Positions 1 to 8,895 of a DNA stretch of 64,000 nucleotides are shown in pieces. The stretch spans positions 44,399-108,398 of the forward strand of contig JAYTSD010000028.1 in assembly GCA_043745805.1 (NCBI GenBank). Direction: 5' to 3'. Below the pieces are notes generated by a model. The model worked only from the letters and a program-made list of their open reading frames with translations, did no database searches and had not been told where the DNA came from. The first letter of the stretch is position 1. Every line of letters begins with the position of its first letter. Source of the stretch: Fibrobacteria bacterium. Its GTDB lineage: Bacteria; Fibrobacterota; Fibrobacteria; UBA11236. The translations under genes were made by a program, and so were the position numbers.

Positions 1-1
1 C

Positions 2-175
2 GGTAGTAAAGACTTAGGTACGGCAGTATTAGTTGCTCCCATGGTAGAACAAAGCGTACAAGGTGTATTAAAGCCTATTAATTATTTAGGACGAGATAGA
101 CCTGTAACGGTAACCGTACCTGCAGGAACGGAGTTCACGATTTTAGTCACCGAAGGTTTTGAGGTAAACCTATGA
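2..175 (+). CDS. 3' end of a gene truncated by the window edge; resembles the C-terminus of VirB10/TrbI/TraM-type conjugation proteins
   Basis: Frame 2 is open from the window start: GSKDLGTAVLVAPMVEQSVQGVLKPINYLGRDRPVTVTVPAGTEFTILVTEGFEVNL*. The stop overlaps the next start (ATGA 172-175). PVTVTVPAGTEFTILV resembles the terminal strands of VirB10-family proteins. Confidence 0.45.
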   Translation, partial: GSKDLGTAVLVAPMVEQSVQGVLKPINYLGRDRPVTVTVPAGTEFTILVTEGFEVNL

Positions 176-621
176 AAACTTTATCCCTATTAGTTTTGCT
201 TTTGGTTTTAACTCTTCACGCGAATCCTGCTCCCATGCAATGCGAAGAGTTGGCTAAAAGAACCGATGAAACATTTAAAAAAATGGATAATGCCTTAAAG
301 CTTAAAGCAGGATTGCTACTAGGTGAAATGGAAATGGCTAAAGGGGCTTTGGAAGGATGTATTGGGCAGAACAAACAGGTGAGTATTCATTTAGCTTTGA
401 TGTGGTTCTTAACTGACTTGGGTTTACTGGCAACAAGCATTTTAATCTTATTGCATCAAAAGCGTATGAAACGAGCTATCAGGGTATTATCAGAAATCCT
501 GTATTCAAAAGATCCAGCACATTCCTATAAATATGTCCCTTCTCAAACTTTATATCGATTTGCATGGGGATTATTAGGGTTAACCTTTCTCATAGTAAAT
601 GGGATAGCGCTTTTATTATGA
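172..621 (+). CDS. Hypothetical membrane protein with signal peptide and two C-terminal TM segments
   Basis: ORF track; MKTLSLLVLLLVLTLHA signal; ATGA overlaps at both ends. Confidence 0.75.
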   Translation: MKTLSLLVLLLVLTLHANPAPMQCEELAKRTDETFKKMDNALKLKAGLLLGEMEMAKGALEGCIGQNKQVSIHLALMWFLTDLGLLATSILILLHQKRMKRAIRVLSEILYSKDPAHSYKYVPSQTLYRFAWGLLGLTFLIVNGIALLL

Positions 622-1100
622 AAACTCTTGGCATAACAATATTGCTTATGATAAGTTTGCTCCTTCATTCAAGCGAAGCTTTTTCTGGATTGGAATTAAC
701 CGTATCAAAACCTTATCCTGGCACAGCACTAGATAATAAAGGGATATACTCCTTATCCTATTTTACCACAGGCTTTTCATTTTGGCCGGGTTTTTCGGAA
801 TGGGGAATAACGGGTATGCCTTCCTGGGGCGGCATTGCCTCTTCTAATGATAAGTCTCAAACCAAAAGTTTTGTTGGGTTATATGGGGGCCATTTATTTC
901 TTTTGCGAGGTGGCTTTATTCGCCCTGGATTTGAATTGGGTTCGGTGTGGGAAGAAACACAGATGTTACAGGGTCATTCAAACTCAATTGTGAATCAATC
1001 CCAACTTGCGCTCTATTATGCTTTTAAAGTTCAAGTGCTTTGTTTGAGTTTTCTTGTTTCCAATATGGGTTATGGAATAGGTCTTAATTTCAGTCTATAG
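618..1100 (+). CDS. Hypothetical exported protein, possibly a small outer-membrane beta-barrel
   Basis: Likely start ATG 618 (ATGA overlap) gives signal MKTLGITILLMISLLLHSSEA; alternating Gly/aromatic strands; ends GYGIGLNFSL. Confidence 0.65.
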   Translation: MKTLGITILLMISLLLHSSEAFSGLELTVSKPYPGTALDNKGIYSLSYFTTGFSFWPGFSEWGITGMPSWGGIASSNDKSQTKSFVGLYGGHLFLLRGGFIRPGFELGSVWEETQMLQGHSNSIVNQSQLALYYAFKVQVLCLSFLVSNMGYGIGLNFSL

Positions 1101-1108
1101 GATGAGAT

Positions 1109-2767
1109 ATGAAAAATACAGTTTCGATTTCTCGCCAATCACTTAGGTGTTACTTTAAAGTATTTCTTTTCATATTTTGGTCTTCATTTACACCCCAAAT
1201 ATTTTCACAAGATTTTCCATTAAAGGGACAGACATGGGTATTTGTGAATGGACCCAATGAAGAAACCCATATTGTTAAATCAGTTTCTGACTTTGCTCCA
1301 TCCTCCGTTATCGTTGCAAAGTTCAATGAAGATGCAACTGCTGATATTCATTACGCGAATTTATCTGGACGTTTTTGTCGTTCAACAGCGGAAGCTATTG
1401 ATACCATAATCTCTGAGCTAAGAAAAAATGTTCTTCTTCATTCAAAATTGTTTCAAGCCAGTAAACGAAATTTTCCTGACACGGCTTATAGCTGTGATGC
1501 GGAATTGGTTCGCTTAGCAGGAATGCTTCGTTATAATCGTTATGTAGTTAATGGAAATGAAGTAAAGCCCAACTCTAACCCATCCTCATGGCAATGGCTA
1601 TTTGACCCACCAGAATGCTATGCCACAAGGCCAGCTAGAGAGCAAGATAAACAAGAAAAAGATTTATGCGAAAATCATTGGTGTGTCGATCCCACGCCAG
1701 ACCCAACCATCCCTTTTCAAGAAACTTGTAATGACACCTATACTGAATGTCATCAAGTGATAGAAGAGTCAGCACTTAAAACTCGCGCTTCCATGCGTAC
1801 TTTTTGGAATCTGCATCTTTTCCCCAATATCATATTACATCCCAGGCATCCAGCCACCGAACGTATCATAAAAGAAATCAGTTTGTCAGAACAAGAAGCA
1901 GAAAACTTTAGGCAACAAGCAATTGAAAATCCAAATAATCAAGATTTAAAGATTTATCTGAATCCAGTTATGGATGATTCCGCTTCGGTGTATTTCTCAG
2001 GACAATTTCTTACTCCCGCATTGAATCCCTATCAAATAGGGTCACTTAGTTTAGATATACAGCCTGAAGGTGAGGGGGCATCGGGATATACCCATGACCC
2101 ACCCATGGCTTTACGTATTGCTTCCGTTGATGATTGGACAGGTTTGCAAAAAGCTTTGTTATTGCCTTTTAGTCGGGATGAAAATGAAAAACAGTTTTTG
2201 GAAAATATTGATACTCGCTGCCCTGGTTGGGTAACAGCAGATAGGCTTATTGGACAAAAAGCGTTTGAAGTTAAAAGTGGCTTGGACGTTACTCTTCCAG
2301 ATGTGCTCCCTACTGAAACACAAGATCCTAGTTGGAAAAAAGTTAGGCAAGAAAGAGTTCTTGTCAATGGAGGCTTTGAAGTTAAAACCATTGTCGATGA
2401 TGATAGAATGATAACGGGGCAAATGGCTTTAGTTAAAAATCTGGATTTTCCATATGGAGACCATTTTTGGAAAGGCTGTCCTGATTTACCTGATACTTTT
2501 TTTAAACTCACTAAATCACAAGCAGCACGTTTATTAAACTTTCCAGTTCCAACCTGTAATTTATCCACCTTGAGTATTTCGGCAGATTTTCATCGCAATT
2601 TGAAAAGTCGTTTTAATAGTGTCGATGACGCAAAAGAAATAGAAATGGCTAATCAAAGAGCTTTGGAGGCAGAGTTTCAATTTGACCGAACGAAAAACAA
2701 GGAAAGACCCGCAGATATTATTTGTCCGGACACACCCTTAGACATCATTATACGCGAGATGCAATAA
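1109..2767 (+). CDS. Hypothetical exported Cys-containing protein (552 aa)
   Basis: Long ORF with hydrophobic N-terminal segment and multiple Cys; no family recognised. Confidence 0.8.
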   Translation: MKNTVSISRQSLRCYFKVFLFIFWSSFTPQIFSQDFPLKGQTWVFVNGPNEETHIVKSVSDFAPSSVIVAKFNEDATADIHYANLSGRFCRSTAEAIDTIISELRKNVLLHSKLFQASKRNFPDTAYSCDAELVRLAGMLRYNRYVVNGNEVKPNSNPSSWQWLFDPPECYATRPAREQDKQEKDLCENHWCVDPTPDPTIPFQETCNDTYTECHQVIEESALKTRASMRTFWNLHLFPNIILHPRHPATERIIKEISLSEQEAENFRQQAIENPNNQDLKIYLNPVMDDSASVYFSGQFLTPALNPYQIGSLSLDIQPEGEGASGYTHDPPMALRIASVDDWTGLQKALLLPFSRDENEKQFLENIDTRCPGWVTADRLIGQKAFEVKSGLDVTLPDVLPTETQDPSWKKVRQERVLVNGGFEVKTIVDDDRMITGQMALVKNLDFPYGDHFWKGCPDLPDTFFKLTKSQAARLLNFPVPTCNLSTLSISADFHRNLKSRFNSVDDAKEIEMANQRALEAEFQFDRTKNKERPADIICPDTPLDIIIREMQ

Positions 2768-2768
2768 C

Positions 2769-3716
2769 ATGAAACGCCTTTTAATGTTAATCATTTTTAT
2801 CCTAACCTTAACAAGTGCCGATGATTTGCTGCAACCGACAACCACACAGCCAGGGAGCAAAGAAGAAAATGGCGTGGTCACAACCTTAGCTTTAACCTAT
2901 GTGAAAATCAGAAACACAGTTCGAGATGCTTACATGTCCATTCAATACACAAGAGCTATGGTGCAAACATTAGATGATCAAAAAGAATGGGTGAAACGAA
3001 ATTTGAAAAGTTGGGATTTAGTGGGAAAGAGGGTTGTAAAGCTAGTCAATGAACCAGGGCGTTGGGATCAGAAGCTGCAAGATTTAGAAGGCATTTTTGA
3101 TAAAACCGATTATTTGCTTTGGGAAGAAAGCAAAAACTTTGATGACTTAATGTATAGGCAAGAGCGTTATGCAGAGAAAATTGGTGGACATCTTTCACCT
3201 TATCTTCCTTTGAATCATCCTTCCTTAACTGAGTTTTACAAATTCAATAGCAGTCTGTATAGAGCGGATCCAGCATGGGTTGCACCCATAGCAGGAGCTT
3301 CCAAAGATGAAAATACGATTCATGCCGAAAGAGAAAAATCGCGTTTACATGGAGCATATACAGCTATGCAAAATATGAGCGAAGGTAAAGTCCGTGATGC
3401 AACGATATTAGCTGCCTCAAGAGCGCAAGCACAAATAGCTGCTATTCGAAGAATACAGAAAGAAAGAATGCAAAAGTATGGCGAAACCCTAGAGGCTTTG
3501 AAGAATGCTAAAAATGTGAATGCTCAAGAGTTAGGTAAAACCCTTTCTGATTTAAAAGGGATGGAAAATGTTTTGGATGAGCTGGCATTGAATAAGTTGG
3601 AAATGGAAATTGTCTGGGCGCACTTAGGTACAATGATTTTTGATTTATCGAATACTAGGGCAGGGGAGTTAAGAACCTCAGCTGCCTTTGATGATTTGGC
3701 GAATAAGTTGAAGTAA
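2769..3716 (+). CDS. Hypothetical exported alpha-helical/coiled-coil protein, possibly VirB5/TrbJ-like
   Basis: Signal MKRLLMLIIFILTLTSA; long helical heptad-rich sequence; located in the island operon. Family is a guess. Confidence 0.7.
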   Translation: MKRLLMLIIFILTLTSADDLLQPTTTQPGSKEENGVVTTLALTYVKIRNTVRDAYMSIQYTRAMVQTLDDQKEWVKRNLKSWDLVGKRVVKLVNEPGRWDQKLQDLEGIFDKTDYLLWEESKNFDDLMYRQERYAEKIGGHLSPYLPLNHPSLTEFYKFNSSLYRADPAWVAPIAGASKDENTIHAEREKSRLHGAYTAMQNMSEGKVRDATILAASRAQAQIAAIRRIQKERMQKYGETLEALKNAKNVNAQELGKTLSDLKGMENVLDELALNKLEMEIVWAHLGTMIFDLSNTRAGELRTSAAFDDLANKLK

Positions 3717-3756
3717 TGAGACGTAACACTTTTTTGTTTATGGAGTTGGTGGTAAA

Positions 3757-3981
3757 ATGGAATCGCTTGACCCAGAATACCTTTCCCCAAAGCAACTGGC
3801 TGATAAACTTAATATGTCCTTAAAATGGGTTGAAAAGCATACCCAAGAACATAGAATTCCTGGCCAAGTTAAAATGGGTCGCGTCTGGCGTTACCATTGG
3901 ATTGAAATCCAGAAACACCTTATTTCAGGGCAATTGTTATTGGAAAAACTCAAATCAAAATTGCGCCAAAAATGGAAATAA
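3757..3981 (+). CDS. xis: Excisionase-like helix-turn-helix protein (HTH_17/AlpA-like)
   Basis: YLSPKQLADKLNMS...IPGQVKMGRVWRY pattern; small, basic and directly upstream of the integrase. Confidence 0.85.
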   Translation: MESLDPEYLSPKQLADKLNMSLKWVEKHTQEHRIPGQVKMGRVWRYHWIEIQKHLISGQLLLEKLKSKLRQKWK

Positions 3982-4013
3982 ATAAATTACTTTTAGACTT
4001 CCTGCTTAGAGCG

Positions 4014-4041
4014 CCCATCACCTGAAAGGTATTGTGATGGG
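4014..4041 (+). promoter_or_regulatory. Hairpin sequestering the integrase start codons
   Basis: CCCATCAC (4014-4021) pairs with GTGATGGG (4034-4041); the loop holds GAAAGG. Confidence 0.5.
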
Positions 4042-5128
4042 ACTTAATATTAAAAAAATCGGACCCAATAAATATTTCCTAGATGTTCGAGTTAGAGCTA
4101 TTTCTGGCCGCCTTCGAGAGCGAGAAACTTTTCTCGGAACAAAACAGGAAGCCGAAGAAAGATTTCTTCAACTTCGAGAAGAGTTAAAGGCCGGAAAGAC
4201 TTTAATATGCGCGTTAAAAACATTTGCGGATGTTCTCAATCTCTATAAGGAAAAACGTTTAACCTTACCTGGTAAAGAAATCAGTATCTATGCAAGACTA
4301 ATGCGTGATCTTGGTGCAATAGATCTGAAATCAATATCCCAACGGTTAGATGCTTATATCATGCTTTTGCGTAGATCATCATCAAAAAGGACAGGGAAGC
4401 CACTTTCCAATGGAAGTATAAATCGACTTCTAACCTTTATTCGCGCTGCTTTTAACTTGGCTGTATCGTTAGAGTATTTGGAAAAAAGCCCAATTAGCAA
4501 AGCCCGATTTCCACGATTAAAGGAGACTCCACGGGACACAATTTTATCTCCACTTGCATTAGAAAATCTTTTTAATGCTATGGAAAAATATGCTCCACAT
4601 CTGATATCCATTACTCAGTATGCCTTACAGGTTCCTTCACGAAAATCAGAATTAATCAATATGCGTTGCGAAGACTTAGATATGTTTCACCATGCAATAA
4701 GGGTTAGGAATGGGACTACTAAAAATAATGATGGAATATGGAAGCCAATTCCACCAAATATGCTTTCTTATTTTCGTTCGATTCCCGCAGGTAGCACTTT
4801 TATCTTCTTCCGAGAAGAGAAAGGTGAATTTTTCCCTTTAGGAGATTTTAAAAAAGCCTGGGCCACTTGTCTCAAACACGCGGATATAAAAGATTTTCAT
4901 TTTCACGATACCCGACATATGTCAGCTACCGATTTAGTCAATAATGGTACCCCAGAACAAACTGTTATGCAGATAGCTGGATGGCGTTCTAATATGCTTA
5001 GAAATTATTTTCATCGTGATGGCAAAGTTGCCCTGTCCCTTGTTAAATTTTCTCCGGGGTGGGTACACTCTGGGTACACTTTTGACGATCAAGGGGAAAA
5101 AGCGGAAGTAAATCAAAAATTACGGTGA
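4034..5128 (+). CDS. int: Tyrosine recombinase/integrase
   Basis: Catalytic set: R (PSRKSEL), K (TKN), HxxR (HFHDTRH), W (IAGWRS), Y (LRNYFH). Confidence 0.95.
   Translation: MMGLNIKKIGPNKYFLDVRVRAISGRLRERETFLGTKQEAEERFLQLREELKAGKTLICALKTFADVLNLYKEKRLTLPGKEISIYARLMRDLGAIDLKSISQRLDAYIMLLRRSSSKRTGKPLSNGSINRLLTFIRAAFNLAVSLEYLEKSPISKARFPRLKETPRDTILSPLALENLFNAMEKYAPHLISITQYALQVPSRKSELINMRCEDLDMFHHAIRVRNGTTKNNDGIWKPIPPNMLSYFRSIPAGSTFIFFREEKGEFFPLGDFKKAWATCLKHADIKDFHFHDTRHMSATDLVNNGTPEQTVMQIAGWRSNMLRNYFHRDGKVALSLVKFSPGWVHSGYTFDDQGEKAEVNQKLR
5060..5080 (+). repeat. Tandem direct repeat TGGGTACACT x2; putative integrase arm-type sites
   Basis: Exact copies at 5060-5069 and 5071-5080, about 120 bp from the tRNA 3' end. 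Confidence 0.65.
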
Positions 5129-5172
5129 ATGAGAAATTGAGGTAAATATGGCGAATTTATGTGAATTAAAGC

Positions 5173-5202
5173 AAAAAAAGCCCCTCATTTCTGAGGAGCT
5201 TT
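5173..5202 (-). terminator. Intrinsic terminator of tRNA-Gly
   Basis: Minus strand AAGCTCCTCA-GAAA-TGAGGGGCTT followed by a T run. Confidence 0.85.
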
Positions 5203-5278
5203 TGGAGCGGGTTAAGCGACTCGAACGCTCGACCTTCTCCTTGGCAAGGAGATGCTCTACCAACTGAGCTAAACCCGC
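5203..5278 (-). tRNA. tRNA-Gly (GCC)
   Basis: Reverse complement GCGGGTTTAGCTCAGTTGGTAGAGCATCTCCTTGCCAAGGAGAAGGTCGAGCGTTCGAGTCGCTTAACCCGCTCCA forms a full 76-nt cloverleaf with encoded CCA. Confidence 0.98.
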
Positions 5279-5307
5279 AAGTCAGTTTTCACTGAATTGA
5301 GGCAACA

Positions 5308-5336
5308 ATTTTAAAATTTATTTGCAAAACGGTCAA
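5308..5336 (-). promoter_or_regulatory. sigma70-type promoter of tRNA-Gly
   Basis: TTGACC-N17-TAAAAT on the minus strand, about 30 nt upstream of the tRNA. Confidence 0.65.
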
Positions 5337-5767
5337 CCCTTTACCGGCTTTTTTTTGCCATTTGCAGCTAAAACTAAGATAGTCGCTCCTGAATTATGCG
5401 GTTCCTGATAATATGCTTTGAGTTTACCTTTCCAAACCGTTTTAGCACACCAATAAATACGTCCCCTAATGGTATCACGAGAATGTCCGCTACGACCATG
5501 CACGACCCGCAAACGTGCCCCTGGAAGGTGTGAGAACTGTTCCAGCCATAATTCCACTTGGGCAATCGCCTCGTCAATCGTAAGTCCATGTAAATCCATT
5601 TCTTCATCCACCGCTTCTTCAATACGATGGCGAATTTTGGTCACAATTCTTTTTTTGGAACGCGCCCCATTTTTACCCTTCAATAAATTTGGATCGAGCA
5701 AATCTTTTTTAGGGATCGGATTACGACTCATCCACTCCAATTGTTGTTTTCTTTTTTCTTCTGACAT
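5333..5767 (-). CDS. Smr/MutS2 C-terminal domain protein
   Basis: MDLHGLTIDEA, RVVHGRSG and NSGATILVL motifs. Confidence 0.9.
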   Translation of the reverse strand: MSEEKRKQQLEWMSRNPIPKKDLLDPNLLKGKNGARSKKRIVTKIRHRIEEAVDEEMDLHGLTIDEAIAQVELWLEQFSHLPGARLRVVHGRSGHSRDTIRGRIYWCAKTVWKGKLKAYYQEPHNSGATILVLAANGKKKPVKG

Positions 5768-5787
5768 GCTACGATTTCATTTATCGA

Positions 5788-6843
5788 TTAAGGCAAAACC
5801 AAATCAGGATGAGATTGCATTACACTCTCTACAATAGAAAAAAAAGGATGACTATCATTCCATGTTTCCCCATGTTTTCGATATCCATATTTTCCGCCGC
5901 TATTTTGCAATTTAAATTTCTCTCCCATTTTTCTTAAGAATAGCACGGTTCTTTGTTGGCTTTCCACTTGTTGCAAATGCTGGCGAGTGAGTTTTAGCTC
6001 CTGCGACAGATAACCTGGAATGTCCACGGCTTCGCCGGTTTTACGTAAATACATAATATCACCGAGTAAATTTAATCGAGTATCTTGTGATAAAGTTAAA
6101 GCTAATTGGGTGAGTATTTCTGCATCCATTTCTCGTGTGAAGCCTTTCGCATGTGTCATCTCATGACATATCCCAATTAATCGCCAATAATGGGGTTCCG
6201 GATGTTGGGCATTGGAGACCATAGCAATTTCACCAAAAAAAGGATCATGAAATGCTGGGCCACCATAAGCAAGGCCTAAAGTAGTGGTGAAGGGTCCCAT
6301 GGTTTTAATGCGTTTAACTTTTCGGCCAGGCATAAGATCGAGTTTTAAAAGTAAACTGTCGAGCGCATTATTACAGCGGAATAACATTTCCTCCTCGCTT
6401 AGTGATTCATAAAAACTTGGGCTAAAATTTTCATTCAAATGTTTTTCATGTTGATTTTTTTGTGCTAAAAAACGGTCATAGACAAGGGGTTTGCCTTTAA
6501 GGACCTTTGCCAAAGGCGCGCGCCAAGCTGTGGGAGCCATACATAAAGGAAATGCGCCTTGTCCCAAACTTAAAATGAACAAAAATAAGGGTCCGCAATA
6601 AAAGCAAAAATTGCGAATACTTTTTAAGGGATGCTGTTTTTGTTTTCGAAAAATCAACCAAAGCGCCAACCAAAATAGGGTAGAAGCAAGCCCAAGCCAA
6701 ATGCCCAATTCAACCATAGAAAATGGTGCTTTGTCTACTAAACTCCCTTTCAAACAGGATAATGGGTAACCCAAAAAAGTCCAATAAATCGCAAACAAAG
6801 GAATAGGCCATGACATAGCTGAAAAGTAAAAATTAAAAGCCAC
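5788..6843 (-). CDS. DUF3810-like membrane-anchored putative zinc metallopeptidase
   Basis: N-terminal TMs; PFFGE and CHEMTHAKGFTREMDAE (HExxH plus downstream E). Confidence 0.75.
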   Translation of the reverse strand: MAFNFYFSAMSWPIPLFAIYWTFLGYPLSCLKGSLVDKAPFSMVELGIWLGLASTLFWLALWLIFRKQKQHPLKSIRNFCFYCGPLFLFILSLGQGAFPLCMAPTAWRAPLAKVLKGKPLVYDRFLAQKNQHEKHLNENFSPSFYESLSEEEMLFRCNNALDSLLLKLDLMPGRKVKRIKTMGPFTTTLGLAYGGPAFHDPFFGEIAMVSNAQHPEPHYWRLIGICHEMTHAKGFTREMDAEILTQLALTLSQDTRLNLLGDIMYLRKTGEAVDIPGYLSQELKLTRQHLQQVESQQRTVLFLRKMGEKFKLQNSGGKYGYRKHGETWNDSHPFFSIVESVMQSHPDLVLP

Positions 6844-6962
6844 GCAAACTAAAAGGATGTTTTATTGGCATCTTTATGGAAGACAAAATGGAGGATTAAA
6901 ATAAAATAACCCGACGCAGACAGACGCTTTGCAATCACAGGGCGAATACTTAACTTTAGCGC

Positions 6963-7730
6963 ATGTTGATTTTACCTCTAGGATTATTCTTAAGTGGACT
7001 CTTTGGTTTTTGGCTGGGCAGTCCGCATTTTTTAAATCGTCGTAGCGAATTTCAAAATTGGCTGGATTACTTATATCCTATCGCTATCGCTTTCTTTTTA
7101 GGCTTTGTTTTCGCGACTTTAGTACCGCATGTATTTTTTCATCAGCCGCGCGCCATTCCTGCCTTTGCTTTGGGTGTACTTTGCATGTGGTTTTTGAATC
7201 GTAAAGTTTTTCATCAAGATCCTTGCTGCGAAGGTGGACATAATGCCAAGGGTTTTGGCATCGTATCTGCTGCGGCGATGAGTATCTGTTCATTAAATGA
7301 TGGTCTACTTTTAGGCTTATTGGTTCCGCCGGTTTGGTCTAGCTTAAATTTGGGAATGACTATTCATAAAATCACTTCCACTTTTGCCGTAGCGCAAATT
7401 TTACAACGCAGTCGTTACAAAGGTTTTAGTCTGTGGATATTCGGCATACTGTATAATCTAGTGAGTCCTGCGGCTTATTATATGGGCATCATGGGCTTGG
7501 TCGGTGGCGAGCGTTATCAAATTTGGGCATTGGGATTTTCCACGGGATTATTATCGTATATGGCCATTGCGAATATGTTACCCCATGCGAAAACTATTTT
7601 TCAAACCAAACCTAAAAGCCGTTATGTATTCGCGGTGGTTTTGCTTTTCTCTTTAGGCTTAGGGCTTTTGCATCAATCCTATCATGAGGCATTAGAAGAA
7701 CGTTTTTTAAATGTGATTCATGTTCCCTAA
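6963..7730 (+). CDS. ZIP-family metal transporter
   Basis: About 8 TMs; LVPH, His/Cys loop HQDPCCEGGH, SLNDG, IHK and MLPH motifs. Confidence 0.75.
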   Translation: MLILPLGLFLSGLFGFWLGSPHFLNRRSEFQNWLDYLYPIAIAFFLGFVFATLVPHVFFHQPRAIPAFALGVLCMWFLNRKVFHQDPCCEGGHNAKGFGIVSAAAMSICSLNDGLLLGLLVPPVWSSLNLGMTIHKITSTFAVAQILQRSRYKGFSLWIFGILYNLVSPAAYYMGIMGLVGGERYQIWALGFSTGLLSYMAIANMLPHAKTIFQTKPKSRYVFAVVLLFSLGLGLLHQSYHEALEERFLNVIHVP

Positions 7731-7740
7731 TTGATTTAAA

Positions 7741-7824
7741 GGGAGAGGTCTCTCCCTGGCTTCGGCCTCACAATTTCATTTGGACATTTCGATAGGCTCA
7801 ATGTCCAAATGAAATTGCGGGGTC
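7741..7824. repeat. Intergenic inverted-repeat (REP/MITE-like) structure between convergent genes
   Basis: CAATTTCATTTGGACATT (7771-7788) and AATGTCCAAATGAAATTG (7800-7817) are perfect 18-bp arms; a second hairpin GGGAGA-GGTC-TCTCCC lies at 7741-7756. Confidence 0.7.
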
Positions 7825-7839
7825 CTCAGCCACCCACTC

Positions 7840-8817
7840 TTACCAGCCCAGAGGCTGGAATTCATTTTGCAAATAGGGGAGAAAGTCAGCTATGCCTTCT
7901 TCCAAGGAATACGATTTACCCTTAAATCCCACACTATGAATTTTATCCAACTTCGCTTCAGTGAAGTACTGGTATTTTTCTCTTAAACCTTCGGGCATGG
8001 GAATAAAATCAATGCATGGATTTTTCCCTAAACATTTAAAAATGGCATTCATCATATCCACCCAACTTCGAGCTTGGCCGGTGCCTACATTATATAAACC
8101 ACCGGGAATTTTTTTATCGAGAAAAAATAAAGTCATTTCCACAGCCGATTTGATATACACAAAATCACGTAATTGCTCGCCGTCTTTATAATCGGGACGA
8201 TGCGATTTAAATAGTTGTACTTTGCCTTGCGCTTGAATTTGTTGAAAGGCTTTGACCACCATACTTTTCATATCGCCTTTATGATATTCATTCGGGCCAT
8301 AGACATTAAAATATTTTAGTCCCACGCAATCTTTTAGATATTTTTTTTCTTGCAGCCACAAATCAAAAATTTGCTTGGAATAGCCATACATATTTAAAGG
8401 GCGAAGTTTTCCGATTTGACTTTCATCATCGGTATAGTGATTTTCTCCATTGCCATAGGTAGCGGCGGAAGAGGCATAAATAAAGCGAGCTTTATGGTCC
8501 ATACACCACTGTGTTAAAACTTTGCTGTATTCAAAATTATTTTTGATTAAATAACTACCATCTTTTTCCGTAGTGGCAGAGCAAGCCCCCAAATGCAATA
8601 TGGCTTCCACTGAAGAATTGTTAAACTGTCCATTTTGCAAAGCGAGGAGAAAATCGTTTTTTTCCATATAATCTTGAAAACGTAAAGGTACTAGATTTTT
8701 CCATTTTTCGGAAATGCCGATTTCGTCAACCAGTAATAAATCGGTACGTCCCATGTCATTGAGTTTCCATGCTAATGCACTGCCGATAAATCCTGAGGCG
8801 CCTGTGATGATGATCAT
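7840..8817 (-). CDS. hldD: ADP-L-glycero-D-manno-heptose 6-epimerase
   Basis: IIITGASGFIGS, HLGACSATTE, YASSAATYG, YGYSK, YFNVYGPNEYHKG, RDFVY and KYQYFTEA motifs. Confidence 0.95.
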   Translation of the reverse strand: MIIITGASGFIGSALAWKLNDMGRTDLLLVDEIGISEKWKNLVPLRFQDYMEKNDFLLALQNGQFNNSSVEAILHLGACSATTEKDGSYLIKNNFEYSKVLTQWCMDHKARFIYASSAATYGNGENHYTDDESQIGKLRPLNMYGYSKQIFDLWLQEKKYLKDCVGLKYFNVYGPNEYHKGDMKSMVVKAFQQIQAQGKVQLFKSHRPDYKDGEQLRDFVYIKSAVEMTLFFLDKKIPGGLYNVGTGQARSWVDMMNAIFKCLGKNPCIDFIPMPEGLREKYQYFTEAKLDKIHSVGFKGKSYSLEEGIADFLPYLQNEFQPLGW

Positions 8818-8895
8818 TTAATATCACTTTCCCAATCTGTTTGCTGTAAATGTAATTTTTATCCAACAAACTTTTTATGTAAGCGAAAGGCTTTT

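Larger units (their letters stand above)
1..5202. mobile_element. Terminal part of an integrative (probably conjugative) element inserted at the 3' end of tRNA-Gly; continues beyond the left edge
   Basis: xis plus tyrosine integrase abut the tRNA 3' end, with tandem arm-type repeats and an upstream tightly coupled operon of exported proteins. The second att site is not in the window. Confidence 0.8.
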
